DNA of 64,000 nt. Origin: Sphingomonadales bacterium (lineage in GTDB: Bacteria; Pseudomonadota; Alphaproteobacteria; Sphingomonadales; Sphingomonadaceae). Positions 40,695-50,569 of this stretch are shown piece after piece. The translations under genes were made by a program, and so were the position numbers. The notes under the pieces are model-generated. The model made no database searches, was not told where the DNA came from, and saw nothing but the letters and a program-made list of their open reading frames with translations. How positions within the stretch are numbered: position 1 is the stretch's first letter; each line of letters starts with the position of its first letter. The stretch lies in contig JBBQPQ010000002.1 of the NCBI GenBank assembly GCA_038217195.1, positions 16,735 through 80,734 of the forward strand. The letters run 5' to 3'.

Positions 40695-42427
40695 GCCGCC
40701 AGTTCCTCCGCATCAATGGCGTAAAGCAATGCTGCGCCGGACATTGCGCTGCCCTTGAAGGCAAATGCTTCGGGGACCATGACGTCGAGGTAGTATCGGC
40801 AGGCGGCGACTTTTGCGCGCAAGAATGCGCTTGTGTCCCCGTGTGCAATTTCGCTTTGCGCTGCCCGCAATTGCTTCGCCATCAACCAACCGGACGTCGC
40901 AACAGCCATCATGTTGGTGTAGGCATAACTACCCGCCAAGCGATCGTCGACGTCGGCGCCAAGCATATAGTCAGTGACTTCCGAACATGCCGCGGCGAGC
41001 GCCTGAAGTCCTGCATGTTCCACCGTATCAGCGGCAATTGCCGCGAGATGATCGCGCATGACGTTGCCGCCTTGCATGGCAAGCTTGCGGCCAACCAAGT
41101 CCGCTGCCTGAATTCCATTTGTGCCTTCGTAAATTGCTGCAATCCGGATATCGCGATAAAATTGGGCAGCCCCGGTTTCCTCAACGAAGCCCATCCCGCC
41201 GTGCACCTGAATACCAAGCGATGCGATCTCGCTGCCCATGTCGGTGCCGTACGTTTTGGCCAGCGGCGTGAGCAGATCGACCATTTCGCGTGCGCCTGCC
41301 TCTCCCAGCGTCGCCCGGTCGACATATCCCGAAGCGAAGTATAGCAGTCCGCGTATGGCCTGTGTGCCTGCTTTCATGCGCAGCAACATGCGGCGGACGT
41401 CGGGATGTTCGATGATGGCAACGGACTCGCGCGATGGCCCGCTGGCCTTGGCAGACTGGACTCGCTCCTGGGCAAACCAGATAGCCTTTTGCGTCGCTGC
41501 CTCGGCAATCTGTACGCCCTGAAGTCCAACGTTCAGGCGTGCATTGTTCATCATCGTGAACATCGCGCGCATGCCGCCAAATTCCGGGCCGATAAGTTCT
41601 CCAACGCACTCGCCTTCTTCGCCAAAGGCAAGAACGCAGGTCGGCGAAGCGTTTATGCCCATCTTATGTTCGATCGATACCACCTTGATATCATTGGCTT
41701 TGCTGATTTCTCCGGTTGTGGAGACCTGATATTTGGGAACAAGAAATAGCGAAATTCCCTTTGTTCCGGTTGGGCCATCGGGTGTTCTGGCGAGCACGAG
41801 ATGGACGATATTTTCCGCCATGTCATGGTCGCCAAAGCTGATATAAATCTTGGTGCCCTTTATGTGGTAAGTGCCGTCACCGCGCGGTGTTGCAGTTGTT
41901 TTCAATGCGCCGACATCGGAGCCTGCCTGTGGCTCGGTCAGGTTCATCGTGCCCGAATATTCTCCCGTCGAGAGTTTCGGCAGGAACAGTTCTTTCTGAC
42001 GATCAGAACCGTGATGGTTGATCGCTTCAATCGCGCCGACAGACAAAATCGGGCATAAGGCGAACGCCATATTGGCAGCGCCCAATGAATCAAGCGCTAC
42101 TGTGGCGAGTGAAAATGGCAGGCCCTGTCCGCCAAATTCCGCAGGCGCATTTATTGCGCCCCAGCCATTGGCGACATAAGACCTATATGCTGCTACAAAG
42201 CCGTCGGGCATGACCACTTTGCCATCGACCAACCGCGCACCAACGGTGTCTCCAATGCGGTTCAACGGCGCAAATTCGCCTGCCGCGAACGCGCCTATGC
42301 CTTCGACAATAGCGTGCACCATATCAGGGGTCGCATCGGCAAAGCGTGCGTGCTGGGATAGCGCATCGATGCCTACGATGTGCTTTAGGACAAAATTCTG
42401 TTCTGCGACGGGTGCTGAAAACGCCAT
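40691..42427 (-). CDS. Acyl-CoA dehydrogenase (DmdC/FadE5-like long form)
   Basis: MNLTEPQAGSDVG, GTKIYIS, EHKMGINASPT, MMNNARL, QVHGGMGF and IYEGTNGIQA. Confidence 0.93.
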   Translation of the reverse strand: MAFSAPVAEQNFVLKHIVGIDALSQHARFADATPDMVHAIVEGIGAFAAGEFAPLNRIGDTVGARLVDGKVVMPDGFVAAYRSYVANGWGAINAPAEFGGQGLPFSLATVALDSLGAANMAFALCPILSVGAIEAINHHGSDRQKELFLPKLSTGEYSGTMNLTEPQAGSDVGALKTTATPRGDGTYHIKGTKIYISFGDHDMAENIVHLVLARTPDGPTGTKGISLFLVPKYQVSTTGEISKANDIKVVSIEHKMGINASPTCVLAFGEEGECVGELIGPEFGGMRAMFTMMNNARLNVGLQGVQIAEAATQKAIWFAQERVQSAKASGPSRESVAIIEHPDVRRMLLRMKAGTQAIRGLLYFASGYVDRATLGEAGAREMVDLLTPLAKTYGTDMGSEIASLGIQVHGGMGFVEETGAAQFYRDIRIAAIYEGTNGIQAADLVGRKLAMQGGNVMRDHLAAIAADTVEHAGLQALAAACSEVTDYMLGADVDDRLAGSYAYTNMMAVATSGWLMAKQLRAAQSEIAHGDTSAFLRAKVAACRYYLDVMVPEAFAFKGSAMSGAALLYAIDAEELAA

Positions 42428-42478
42428 GATGATTAAAAAATCCTGTTATATTTACTCTGCAACGGCCTATAGCCGCGA

Positions 42479-43438
42479 ATGATGTTTGGCTCAAATACCT
42501 TGGGGAATGGCTGGGTTGTGCCAGCTGACGACGCTGCGATAACTGCTGCGGCCGAGCTTATTCATGCTGGACAGATCGTCGCGATTCCCACTGAGACCGT
42601 TTATGGCCTGGCTGCCGATGCGCAGAATGCGAACGCCGTGGCCCGCATTTATGCCGCCAAGGGGCGTCCCGATTTCAATCCGCTAATTGTGCATGTCGCC
42701 AGCAAGGCCGCCGCGGAAAAGCTGGCGATCTTCAATGCTCTGGCAGACCGGATAGCCGACCACTTCTGGCCGGGGCCTTTGACTCTGGTATTGCCGTTGC
42801 AGCCGGACGCGCCTGTCGCGCGGGCAGTGACGGCAAGTCTGTCCACAATTGCAATCCGGTGCCCCGCGCATCCGGTCATGCAGGCATTGCTCGCCAAGAC
42901 CGGTGTAAGCCTCGCAGCGCCGTCTGCAAATCCGAGCGGGTCAGTCAGCCCCACCCGCGCCGCGCATGTCCTGACGGGCCTTGGAGGGGCTGTGCCGATG
43001 ATACTGGATGGCGGTCCATGTGCGGCGGGACTGGAGTCGACGATCGTTGCCATACGCGAAGACAGCTGGGAGATTTTAAGGCCTGGCCCGGTGACAGCGG
43101 ACGAAATTGAAAAAGTCGCTGGAAGCGCTCCTCTCACAACCTCAAATGGAGCGATTGAGGCGCCCGGGCAGTTGGCAAGCCATTACGCGCCCGCCAAAGC
43201 AGTTCGGCTGAACGCCATTGCTGCCGAACCACATGAATGGTTTATCGGCTTTGGATCTTTGAACGGTGACGACAACCTTGCGCCATCGTCGGATTTGGCT
43301 CAAGCTGCAGCGAACTTGTTCGAAGCGCTGCACAAGGCCGATGCAAGCGCCGCACGCTCCATTGCGATTGCGCCCATCCCTACTGAAGGGATCGGCATCG
43401 CGATCAACGACAGGCTGGCTCGGGCTGCAGTCCGGTGA
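42479..43438 (+). CDS. tsaC: Threonylcarbamoyl-AMP synthase (Sua5 type)
   Basis: PTETVYGL, AKGRPDFNPLIVH, APSANPSG, and a SUA5 C-terminal domain (APGQLASHYAP). Confidence 0.94.
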   Translation: MMFGSNTLGNGWVVPADDAAITAAAELIHAGQIVAIPTETVYGLAADAQNANAVARIYAAKGRPDFNPLIVHVASKAAAEKLAIFNALADRIADHFWPGPLTLVLPLQPDAPVARAVTASLSTIAIRCPAHPVMQALLAKTGVSLAAPSANPSGSVSPTRAAHVLTGLGGAVPMILDGGPCAAGLESTIVAIREDSWEILRPGPVTADEIEKVAGSAPLTTSNGAIEAPGQLASHYAPAKAVRLNAIAAEPHEWFIGFGSLNGDDNLAPSSDLAQAAANLFEALHKADASAARSIAIAPIPTEGIGIAINDRLARAAVR

Positions 43439-44400
43439 AGTGGCTGGGCGGCATCATGCTGATGCTGGCAACAGCGACCGCGCAACCCGCCAGCGCTTCT
43501 CGAACCTATGACATTGCGTCCTATCAGGCATTGGTACAGCAAGATTTGAGATTGGCGATTGTTGGTCATCGACTTGCCACGGCCAATGCCAGCTTTTGCC
43601 AACGCAAGACACGAAATCCGGGATGGGTTTTACATGACAAGGCGCAATATCCTGACGCAATCATCGCACAAGCGGCATTTGCATTTCGCGCGCCAGTGGC
43701 TGTTTCAGCCGTTGTGCCGGGCGGGGCGGCGGAAACTGCTGGCATCGCAACTGGTGACGCGATCGTCGCGTTCAATGGCACCGCAATTTCGAACTTGCCG
43801 TTTACGGGGCAAGAGCGCGCCAGTGCGCGTCTCGAAAAAGTTTTGGATGTTATTGCTGCAGCCCTAGACAGTTCGGGCAGGGCCAATATTGTTTTGCTAA
43901 ATGCCCAAGGACAAAGAGAGGTCACGCTTGCCCCACCTGCTATGTGCGCATCCAGATTCTGGGTCGACACCAAATCGGATTTGGATGCTGGCGCAGACGG
44001 TGTTTCAATTCGCGTGACCGAGGGCCTTTTGGCTTTTACCAGCGACGACGATGCGCAACTCGCTGCCATCGTGGCGCATGAAATGGCGCATAATCTGCTT
44101 GGACACCGGCAGCGGCTCAGCCAAGACGGCAAGAGTAGCAGGCGAATACTGGCGACCGAGGTGGAGGCTGACCGATTGTCTGTCTGGCTCATGTCCAATG
44201 CGGGGTACGACCCAGCTGCGGCGCTTCGCTTTGCAGAGCGCTATGGCCGCAAGACCGACAAAGGCATCCTTTCGGACGGAACGCATTTGCGATGGAAAAA
44301 CCGCTACCGCGTGATGCAGGAAGAGATCATGTCCATAAGTCAAGCACCTATGGCAGATGGACTGCGCGCGCCGCCCCTTCTAACGCCCGCGTCGTTTTAA
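43435..44400 (+). CDS. Secreted M48-family Zn metallopeptidase with PDZ-like domain
   Basis: Signal peptide, PGGAAETAGIATGDAIVAFNG (PDZ-like), HEMAH and EVEAD. GTGA overlap with tsaC. Confidence 0.82.
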   Translation: MKWLGGIMLMLATATAQPASASRTYDIASYQALVQQDLRLAIVGHRLATANASFCQRKTRNPGWVLHDKAQYPDAIIAQAAFAFRAPVAVSAVVPGGAAETAGIATGDAIVAFNGTAISNLPFTGQERASARLEKVLDVIAAALDSSGRANIVLLNAQGQREVTLAPPAMCASRFWVDTKSDLDAGADGVSIRVTEGLLAFTSDDDAQLAAIVAHEMAHNLLGHRQRLSQDGKSSRRILATEVEADRLSVWLMSNAGYDPAAALRFAERYGRKTDKGILSDGTHLRWKNRYRVMQEEIMSISQAPMADGLRAPPLLTPASF

Positions 44401-44482
44401 AATAAGTTTCATATTAAAACGCTATTTCCTCCCTGTTACTATTCGCCTATTACGCACATCGGGCAGTGCACGGGAGGGCCGG

Positions 44483-45538
44483 TTGCGTATATCTTCGAGA
44501 TTACTCATTGGGCTTGTTCTGGTCACGCCGCTCCTCGGTTGCGGCGGGGCGAGCAGCGACACTAACGCCGCGCCAAAGGCAGATTTGCCGGTCCAAGTGT
44601 TCACGGTGGAGAAACAAAGCCTCCAGCGCGAGATTCAGGCGGTGGGCACCGTGCGCTATCGCCGCGAAACGCCTTTGGGTTTCACCACTGCAGGCAAGGT
44701 AGCCTTTGTCCGTTTCGAAGAAGGCGATTTTGTTAAACGCGGCGCGTTGTTGTCTGCACTCGACACCACGTCCGTTGGCGCGGATATGAGTGTTGCAATG
44801 GCGGAACGCGACCGGTCGCGGGCTGAGTTTGAACGCGTGCGTTCACTATATGCAGATGGCTGGGTAACCAAGGCACGTTATGAAGCCGCGGAGGCGGCCG
44901 TAAAGGGCGCTGAGGCCCGTGTCCGGCAAGCAGGCTTTGCCAATAACACCGCGCAACTTTACGCGCCCTCCGCGGGGGTTGTGTTGATGCGCAATGTGCA
45001 GGCAGGACAAGTCATTGCCGTTGGAACGCCCGTGCTTTTACTGGGTGAAGCCGATGACGGTTTTGTGTTCCGCGTCCCCGTCGTTGACCGTGATGCGTCA
45101 AGCTTACGCGTCGGTATGACTGCTGAAATCCGGGTCGAATCCGCCGGCGACGCTCCGGTAACGGCGACGATTTCTGAGATCGATGGTCGGGCAAATGAGG
45201 CAACCGGGGCATTTTCGGTACAGTTTCGCCTACCCAACAAACCACAATACCGTTCAGGCCAAATTGGTACGGCAACCATAAACTTGCCTGCATCGGAGGG
45301 CATTGAAAAATTGCAAATACCAGCCAGCGCCTTGTTCGCGGTGCGGGCTGGTGAAGGTCTCGTATATGTCGTGAATGCGGAAAGTCGCGTCGAAACGCGC
45401 AACGTCGCGGTAGAAAGGTTGACCGATAACTCGGTCATCGTGTCGGGCGGGTTGGCCTCTGGAGACAAAATCGTCAAATCCGGTCTGGAAAAGCTGCGCA
45501 CAGGCTCACGCGTGCACATCATTAAGGGCCAGCCCTAG
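44483..45538 (+). CDS. RND efflux periplasmic adaptor (MFP) lipoprotein
   Basis: TTG start after GGGAGGG, lipobox LLGC, biotinyl-lipoyl-like VRFEEGDFVKRG, and a coiled-coil hairpin. Confidence 0.92.
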   Translation: MRISSRLLIGLVLVTPLLGCGGASSDTNAAPKADLPVQVFTVEKQSLQREIQAVGTVRYRRETPLGFTTAGKVAFVRFEEGDFVKRGALLSALDTTSVGADMSVAMAERDRSRAEFERVRSLYADGWVTKARYEAAEAAVKGAEARVRQAGFANNTAQLYAPSAGVVLMRNVQAGQVIAVGTPVLLLGEADDGFVFRVPVVDRDASSLRVGMTAEIRVESAGDAPVTATISEIDGRANEATGAFSVQFRLPNKPQYRSGQIGTATINLPASEGIEKLQIPASALFAVRAGEGLVYVVNAESRVETRNVAVERLTDNSVIVSGGLASGDKIVKSGLEKLRTGSRVHIIKGQP

Positions 45539-45541
45539 ATT

Positions 45542-48500
45542 ATGCATATCGCGGAGTTCGCTATTCGCAGATGGCAGTTGACCCTCGTGTTGTTCACTTT
45601 GCTATGTGCCTTGGGTTTTTCTGCCTTCCAGCAAGTTCCGCGCGCCGTTGACCCGCATTTTTCCATGCCCGTTGTGTCAATTGTCGCGTCGCAGCCAGGG
45701 GCGGATGCGGCCGAGGTCGAACAGACAATTACCAAGCCGATTGAGGAGTTGGTTCAGGGTCTGGAGGATGTGCAAAATGTTGCCTCGACCAGCAGCGACG
45801 GAAATGCAGTCATTCGGGCGGAGTTCGACTGGTCTGGCGATCCTGACCAATATTTCAACGACACCGTCCGTGAAGTGACTGCCATCCGCAGCCAGCTTCC
45901 GTCAGATTTGCAACGGCTGCAGTTCGAGAAAATCCGGACAACCAACACCTCAATCCTTCAAATTGCCTTGTTGAGTGAAACCGCAAGCTGGTACCGGATG
46001 GAAAAATACGCCCGGGATATCAGCGAGGCATTGGGGCGATTTCAGGAGGTCCGCGAGGCGGACATCTACGGTCTGCCTCAACCGGAAATCAGTGTTGCGA
46101 TAAATACGGGCAGGCTGGCTGAGCTTCGGTTGCCCGCGAGCGTCGTCGTGGACGCCATTCGGGTGGGCGGCGCCGATGTTCCTGCTGGCGCTGTCACAAG
46201 TGGCGCGCGCAGGTTCAACGTGGAAACGGGCGGTGCATTTCGTGACGTTGAAAAAATTCGGAATCTGCCGATCCGCACCAATGACGGAACTATTCTGCGC
46301 GTCGCAGATGTGGCCGACGTAAACATTGGCGCAGCCGAACAACGTGTGAAAGTGAGCCATAATGGCCAGCGAGGCGTCTTCATCACCGCCAACCAGAAAC
46401 AGGGTACCGACGCGACAAAGTTACGTAATCGTCTGATGCAAGAACTTACCATTCAGAAAAACCTGCTTCCGCCCGACATTCGAGCGGTTGTCCAGTTTGA
46501 CCAAAGCAGGGATATTCGAAAGCGCCTGAATGAATTGGCACGTGACTTCGCGATAGCGCTGTTTCTGGTATTGATAACATTATTGCCTTTGGGCTGGCGG
46601 GCGTCGGTGATTGTGATGATATCGATCCCGCTTTCCATTGCCTCCGGTTTGCTGGCGATATCTGCGTACGGGTTTAACCTCAGTCAATTGGTGGTTGCCG
46701 GATTCATCCTGACACTCGGGTTGCTGGTCGATGACTCAATTGTGGTTGTCGAAAACATCGCGCGGCATCTGCGCATGGGGAAAAGCCGAAGCGATGCCGC
46801 GATTGACGGCACCAAAGAAATCACAATGGCGGTTTTGGGTTCAACCGGTGTCCTCGTGTTTGCGTTCTTGCCGCTGTTCTTTTTGCCCGAAGGGGCAGGC
46901 AAATTCATCCAGAGTTTCATCGGAACGATTGTTGCCACAATTACGGCATCGATGATCGTGTCGCTTACTATCGTACCGTTTCTGGCAAGCAGAATATTGA
47001 AAGGTGACGAATCCGAGGAAGGGAGCCCCCTCCTGCAATGGCTGATGGAAAAGATTGACCGTTTTTACCACCCATTGCTCCATTGGGCGCTGGACCGACC
47101 GCGGAGATCTGTGTGGAGCGCGTTGCTTGGAACGTGCGCAGCATTTTTTCTGGTGCCGCTGCTTGGTTTTAGCCTGTTTCCTAATGCCGATACATCCTAT
47201 TTCCGTGTCACTGTGGAAGCAGAGCAGGGTGCGAGCATAAACGAGACTGGCCGGATCGTGCAGCAGGTTTCCGCCATATTGAAAACCGAACCGGCTATCA
47301 AAGTGCGTGCCGAAAATGTCGGCGCGTATAACCCGCCGGTTTTCTACAACGTTTTCCAGCGTGGTGAAAATCCGACCCATGGTGAGGTCCTTGCCATAAT
47401 GGACAACTGGGAAGGCGCCAAATCGCGGAAGATGGTTGATCGGTTGCGGAAACAATTTGACCAGATCTCGGGCGCCCGGATCAAGCTTGTGCTCTTCCAA
47501 AACGGTGCTCCAGTAAACGCGCCTGTGGAATTTCGTGTTTATGGCCCCGAACAGGACGAGCTGAAGCGCGTTGCTGCAAAAATGGAGCAGGTGTTGCGTG
47601 AAACCCCAGGTACAAGGGACGTCAACAATCCGGTCGCGTTTGACAAGGTGGACCTGGATGTCCGTGTCGACGACGCCAAAGCAGCGCTGTTGGATGTACC
47701 CGCCGGTGCCGCGCGCCGCGCCATTCGCCTTGCGCTGAGTGGTGAGCGTGCAGGAACCTATAGGGATGTAGAAGGTGACAGCTACCCCGTGGTGGTGCGC
47801 TTGCCACTTTCCGGAACTCAACCCGTTTCTGCGCTTGAATCGATCTATGTTTCGAACAGGAGCGGGCAAGCCATTCGACTCGACGAAATCTCGAACCCGA
47901 CTTTGGAATCAACGCCTTCAGCCGTTTACCGCTATAATCTGCAACGCAATGTCAGCGTAACGTCGCAAATTTCGGATGGCATCGTGGTGTCCAAAGTCAA
48001 TCTTGAGGCACAGAAAAAGATGGACAGTATTCCACTTAAGCCGGGTTATTCTATTGCGGTCGGGGGAGAAGCGGAGAAAATCAACGATACCTTTGCCGGT
48101 TTCGGCCCAGTAGTGATGGTGGCGTTGTTCAGCATATTTGCCATTCTGGTTGCCGAATTTGGTCGCTTTAAAGAGGCGCTGGTTGTGGCCGGGGTCATTC
48201 CCCTTGGCACCTTTGGCGGGCTGATTGCACTTTTGCTAACTGGCAATAATCTGTCGTTCTTGGCAATCATCGGTTTCATCGCACTGATCGGCATCGAGAT
48301 CAAAAATTCGATTTTGTTGGTCGATTTTACGACCCAGTTGCGGGAGCGTGGCCTTGCGTTGCGCGAAGCGATTGAAAAAGCGGGTGAAGTGCGGTTCCTT
48401 CCCGTCTTGTTGACGTCCATTACCGCCATTGGTGGCTTGATGCCGCTCGCCCTATTTGGCGGCAGCCTCTACAGCCCGCTCGCGATTGTGCTTATTGGGG

Positions 48501-48610
48501 GGTTGATTTCTTCAACTTTGTTATCACGTATTGTCACGCCAGCCATGTATCTGCTGGTGGTGCGCGGGGATGCAGCGAAAGCAGCAAATTCCGCCCGAAT
48601 TCAAGGATAA
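45542..48610 (+). CDS. RND efflux permease
   Basis: 1022 aa. Proton-relay motifs GLLVDDSIVVVEN, IEIKNSILLVD and RFLPVLLT. Confidence 0.95.
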   Translation: MHIAEFAIRRWQLTLVLFTLLCALGFSAFQQVPRAVDPHFSMPVVSIVASQPGADAAEVEQTITKPIEELVQGLEDVQNVASTSSDGNAVIRAEFDWSGDPDQYFNDTVREVTAIRSQLPSDLQRLQFEKIRTTNTSILQIALLSETASWYRMEKYARDISEALGRFQEVREADIYGLPQPEISVAINTGRLAELRLPASVVVDAIRVGGADVPAGAVTSGARRFNVETGGAFRDVEKIRNLPIRTNDGTILRVADVADVNIGAAEQRVKVSHNGQRGVFITANQKQGTDATKLRNRLMQELTIQKNLLPPDIRAVVQFDQSRDIRKRLNELARDFAIALFLVLITLLPLGWRASVIVMISIPLSIASGLLAISAYGFNLSQLVVAGFILTLGLLVDDSIVVVENIARHLRMGKSRSDAAIDGTKEITMAVLGSTGVLVFAFLPLFFLPEGAGKFIQSFIGTIVATITASMIVSLTIVPFLASRILKGDESEEGSPLLQWLMEKIDRFYHPLLHWALDRPRRSVWSALLGTCAAFFLVPLLGFSLFPNADTSYFRVTVEAEQGASINETGRIVQQVSAILKTEPAIKVRAENVGAYNPPVFYNVFQRGENPTHGEVLAIMDNWEGAKSRKMVDRLRKQFDQISGARIKLVLFQNGAPVNAPVEFRVYGPEQDELKRVAAKMEQVLRETPGTRDVNNPVAFDKVDLDVRVDDAKAALLDVPAGAARRAIRLALSGERAGTYRDVEGDSYPVVVRLPLSGTQPVSALESIYVSNRSGQAIRLDEISNPTLESTPSAVYRYNLQRNVSVTSQISDGIVVSKVNLEAQKKMDSIPLKPGYSIAVGGEAEKINDTFAGFGPVVMVALFSIFAILVAEFGRFKEALVVAGVIPLGTFGGLIALLLTGNNLSFLAIIGFIALIGIEIKNSILLVDFTTQLRERGLALREAIEKAGEVRFLPVLLTSITAIGGLMPLALFGGSLYSPLAIVLIGGLISSTLLSRIVTPAMYLLVVRGDAAKAANSARIQG

Positions 48611-48614
48611 GCAT

Positions 48615-49154
48615 ATGCCACATGAAGAGGCTATTTTTGCCGGAGGTTGTTTCTGGTGCACCGAAGCTGTCTTTGGTCAGCTAAGCGGCGTAAGCAAAGT
48701 CGAAAGTGGGTATATTGGCGGCCAGACCGTCGACCCGACCTACAAGGAAGTGTGCAGCGGCAGCACCGGGCACGCAGAGGCCATTCGAATTGCCTTTGAT
48801 TCAGAAGTGATCAGCTATGCCGATTTGCTCGAAATATTCTTTGCCACGCATGATCCAACGCAATTGAACCGACAAGGCAATGATATTGGCACCCAATATC
48901 GTTCGGCCATCTTCCCGTTGACGCCCGAGCAGCGGACAGCCGCAGAAGCGGGGATGTCGAAAGCTGCCAGTGACTGGCCAGCACCCATCGTGACCACCGT
49001 TGAACGCCCGGCAACCTGGTATCCTGCGGAAGATTATCATCAGGAATATTGGGATGGTGAGGGACAGCGTAACCCTTATTGCCTCGCCGTCATTCCGCCC
49101 AAATTGGCCAAGCTGAAAAAAGGATTTGCGGAACGGCTTGCCGAGTCTGCGTAG
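48615..49154 (+). CDS. msrA: Peptide methionine sulfoxide reductase A
   Basis: GGCFWC, GHAE, HDPTQLNRQGNDIGTQYRS and AEDYHQ. ATG at 48615. Confidence 0.96.
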   Translation: MPHEEAIFAGGCFWCTEAVFGQLSGVSKVESGYIGGQTVDPTYKEVCSGSTGHAEAIRIAFDSEVISYADLLEIFFATHDPTQLNRQGNDIGTQYRSAIFPLTPEQRTAAEAGMSKAASDWPAPIVTTVERPATWYPAEDYHQEYWDGEGQRNPYCLAVIPPKLAKLKKGFAERLAESA

Positions 49155-49185
49155 ACATTCTGTTTTGGCGCGTTAAGCAGATGAC

Positions 49186-50055
49186 ATGACACATAAACCC
49201 GTTCGTAAAGCTGTATTTCCTGTTGCTGGCCTGGGCACGCGTTTCCTCCCAGCGACAAAGGCCATTCCCAAAGAGATGCTGCCGATTGTCGATAGCCCGC
49301 TTATCCAATATGCGGTCGATGAGGCGCGTGAGGCCGGTATTGAACAGATGATCTTTGTCACGGGTCGCGGCAAAAGCGCGATCGAGGATCATTTCGACAT
49401 TGCATATGAGCTTGAGCATACGATGATGTCGCGTGGCAAGGACGTGTCGGTACTGGCCAATACGCGCCTCACGCCGGGCAACTGCGTTTATGTCCGACAA
49501 CAGGAGCCATTGGGCCTTGGCCACGCCATATGGTGCGCGCGTGACATTATTGGCGATGAACCTTTTGCGATATTTCTCCCCGACGAATTCATGCACGGAT
49601 CGCCCGGATGCATGCGACAAATGATCGATGCTTATGCGCACATTGGCGGCAACATCATCAGCGTATTGGAAGTGCCCCGTGACGCGGTATCAAGCTATGG
49701 CGTCATTGCACCTGGCACGTCGGACGGCGCGGTAACTGAGGTTCTAGGCCTCGTTGAAAAGCCCAAGGTTGAAGATGCGCCGTCAAACCTGATCGTGTCG
49801 GGCCGGTATATCCTGCAGCCAGAGGTTATGCATATCCTCGAGGGACAGGAAAAGGGTGCTGGCGGCGAAATCCAGCTGACAGATGCCATGGCACAGATGA
49901 TCGGCAAGCAGCCGTTCAATGCGGTCACATTTGAGGGTAACCGTTACGATTGCGGATCAAAGGTTGGCTATATCGAGGCCAATTTGGCACTTGCCCTTCG
50001 GCGTCCCGATATGGCGGATGAGGTTAGGGCCATTGCGTTGAATCTGCTCAAATGA
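49186..50055 (+). CDS. galU: UTP-glucose-1-phosphate uridylyltransferase
   Basis: KAVFPVAGLGTRFLPATKAIPKEML, RQQEPLGLGHA, VEKP and GEIQLTDA. Confidence 0.97.
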   Translation: MTHKPVRKAVFPVAGLGTRFLPATKAIPKEMLPIVDSPLIQYAVDEAREAGIEQMIFVTGRGKSAIEDHFDIAYELEHTMMSRGKDVSVLANTRLTPGNCVYVRQQEPLGLGHAIWCARDIIGDEPFAIFLPDEFMHGSPGCMRQMIDAYAHIGGNIISVLEVPRDAVSSYGVIAPGTSDGAVTEVLGLVEKPKVEDAPSNLIVSGRYILQPEVMHILEGQEKGAGGEIQLTDAMAQMIGKQPFNAVTFEGNRYDCGSKVGYIEANLALALRRPDMADEVRAIALNLLK

Positions 50056-50393
50056 GCCTTTTCGAAGGATTTAGATTGGCAGGCAAATTGCGTTTGTGTT
50101 TGGCGATCATACCGCTTTTGCTGTTGCAGGCCTGTGTGGCATCTGTAGTGGCAGACGTTGTCACCGCTCCGGTAAAGATCGTTTCGAAGACAGCTGACGT
50201 TTTGACGACCAGCCAATCCGAAGCTGACGAAAAACGCGGTCGCGATATGCGCAAAAATGAAGAAAATCTCGGTAAGCTTGCCCGGCAATTGGACAAGGCG
50301 CGTGGCCGTTGCGCTGACGGAGATCAGGACGCCTGTGCCAAGGCGGCCGAGATTAGCGCGCAGATTGACGAAGTGCAGGACCGCCCGCGGTAA
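50052..50393 (+). CDS. Hypothetical lipoprotein
   Basis: Lipobox LLQAC followed by an amphipathic/coiled region. ATGA overlap with galU; the true start may be slightly downstream. Confidence 0.7.
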   Translation: MSLFEGFRLAGKLRLCLAIIPLLLLQACVASVVADVVTAPVKIVSKTADVLTTSQSEADEKRGRDMRKNEENLGKLARQLDKARGRCADGDQDACAKAAEISAQIDEVQDRPR

Positions 50394-50408
50394 ATTCCTG
50401 CCGCCAAA

Positions 50409-50484
50409 TGGCTAGAATTGTCGACAAACGACTGGCTAGACATAAACTCCGCATCTTGTCGAACGAGCCAATCGTTGGTCGAAC
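50409..50484. promoter_or_regulatory. Short repeats upstream of the second TonB-dependent receptor
   Basis: TGGCTAGA at 50409 and 50433, palindrome TTGTCGACAA at 50418-27, GTCGAAC at 50458 and 50478. Confidence 0.35.
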
Positions 50485-50569
50485 TTAACTACCCTGCCGA
50501 CAGCGCCTGCCGCAAACGTTCTTCAAGACCACAGACGGGAAAAAGCCCGCGGGTTTAGTTGGAGGCTTC

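Noticed and set aside
46841-47869. 342-aa minus-strand ORF
   Set aside because: Antisense shadow of the RND permease.
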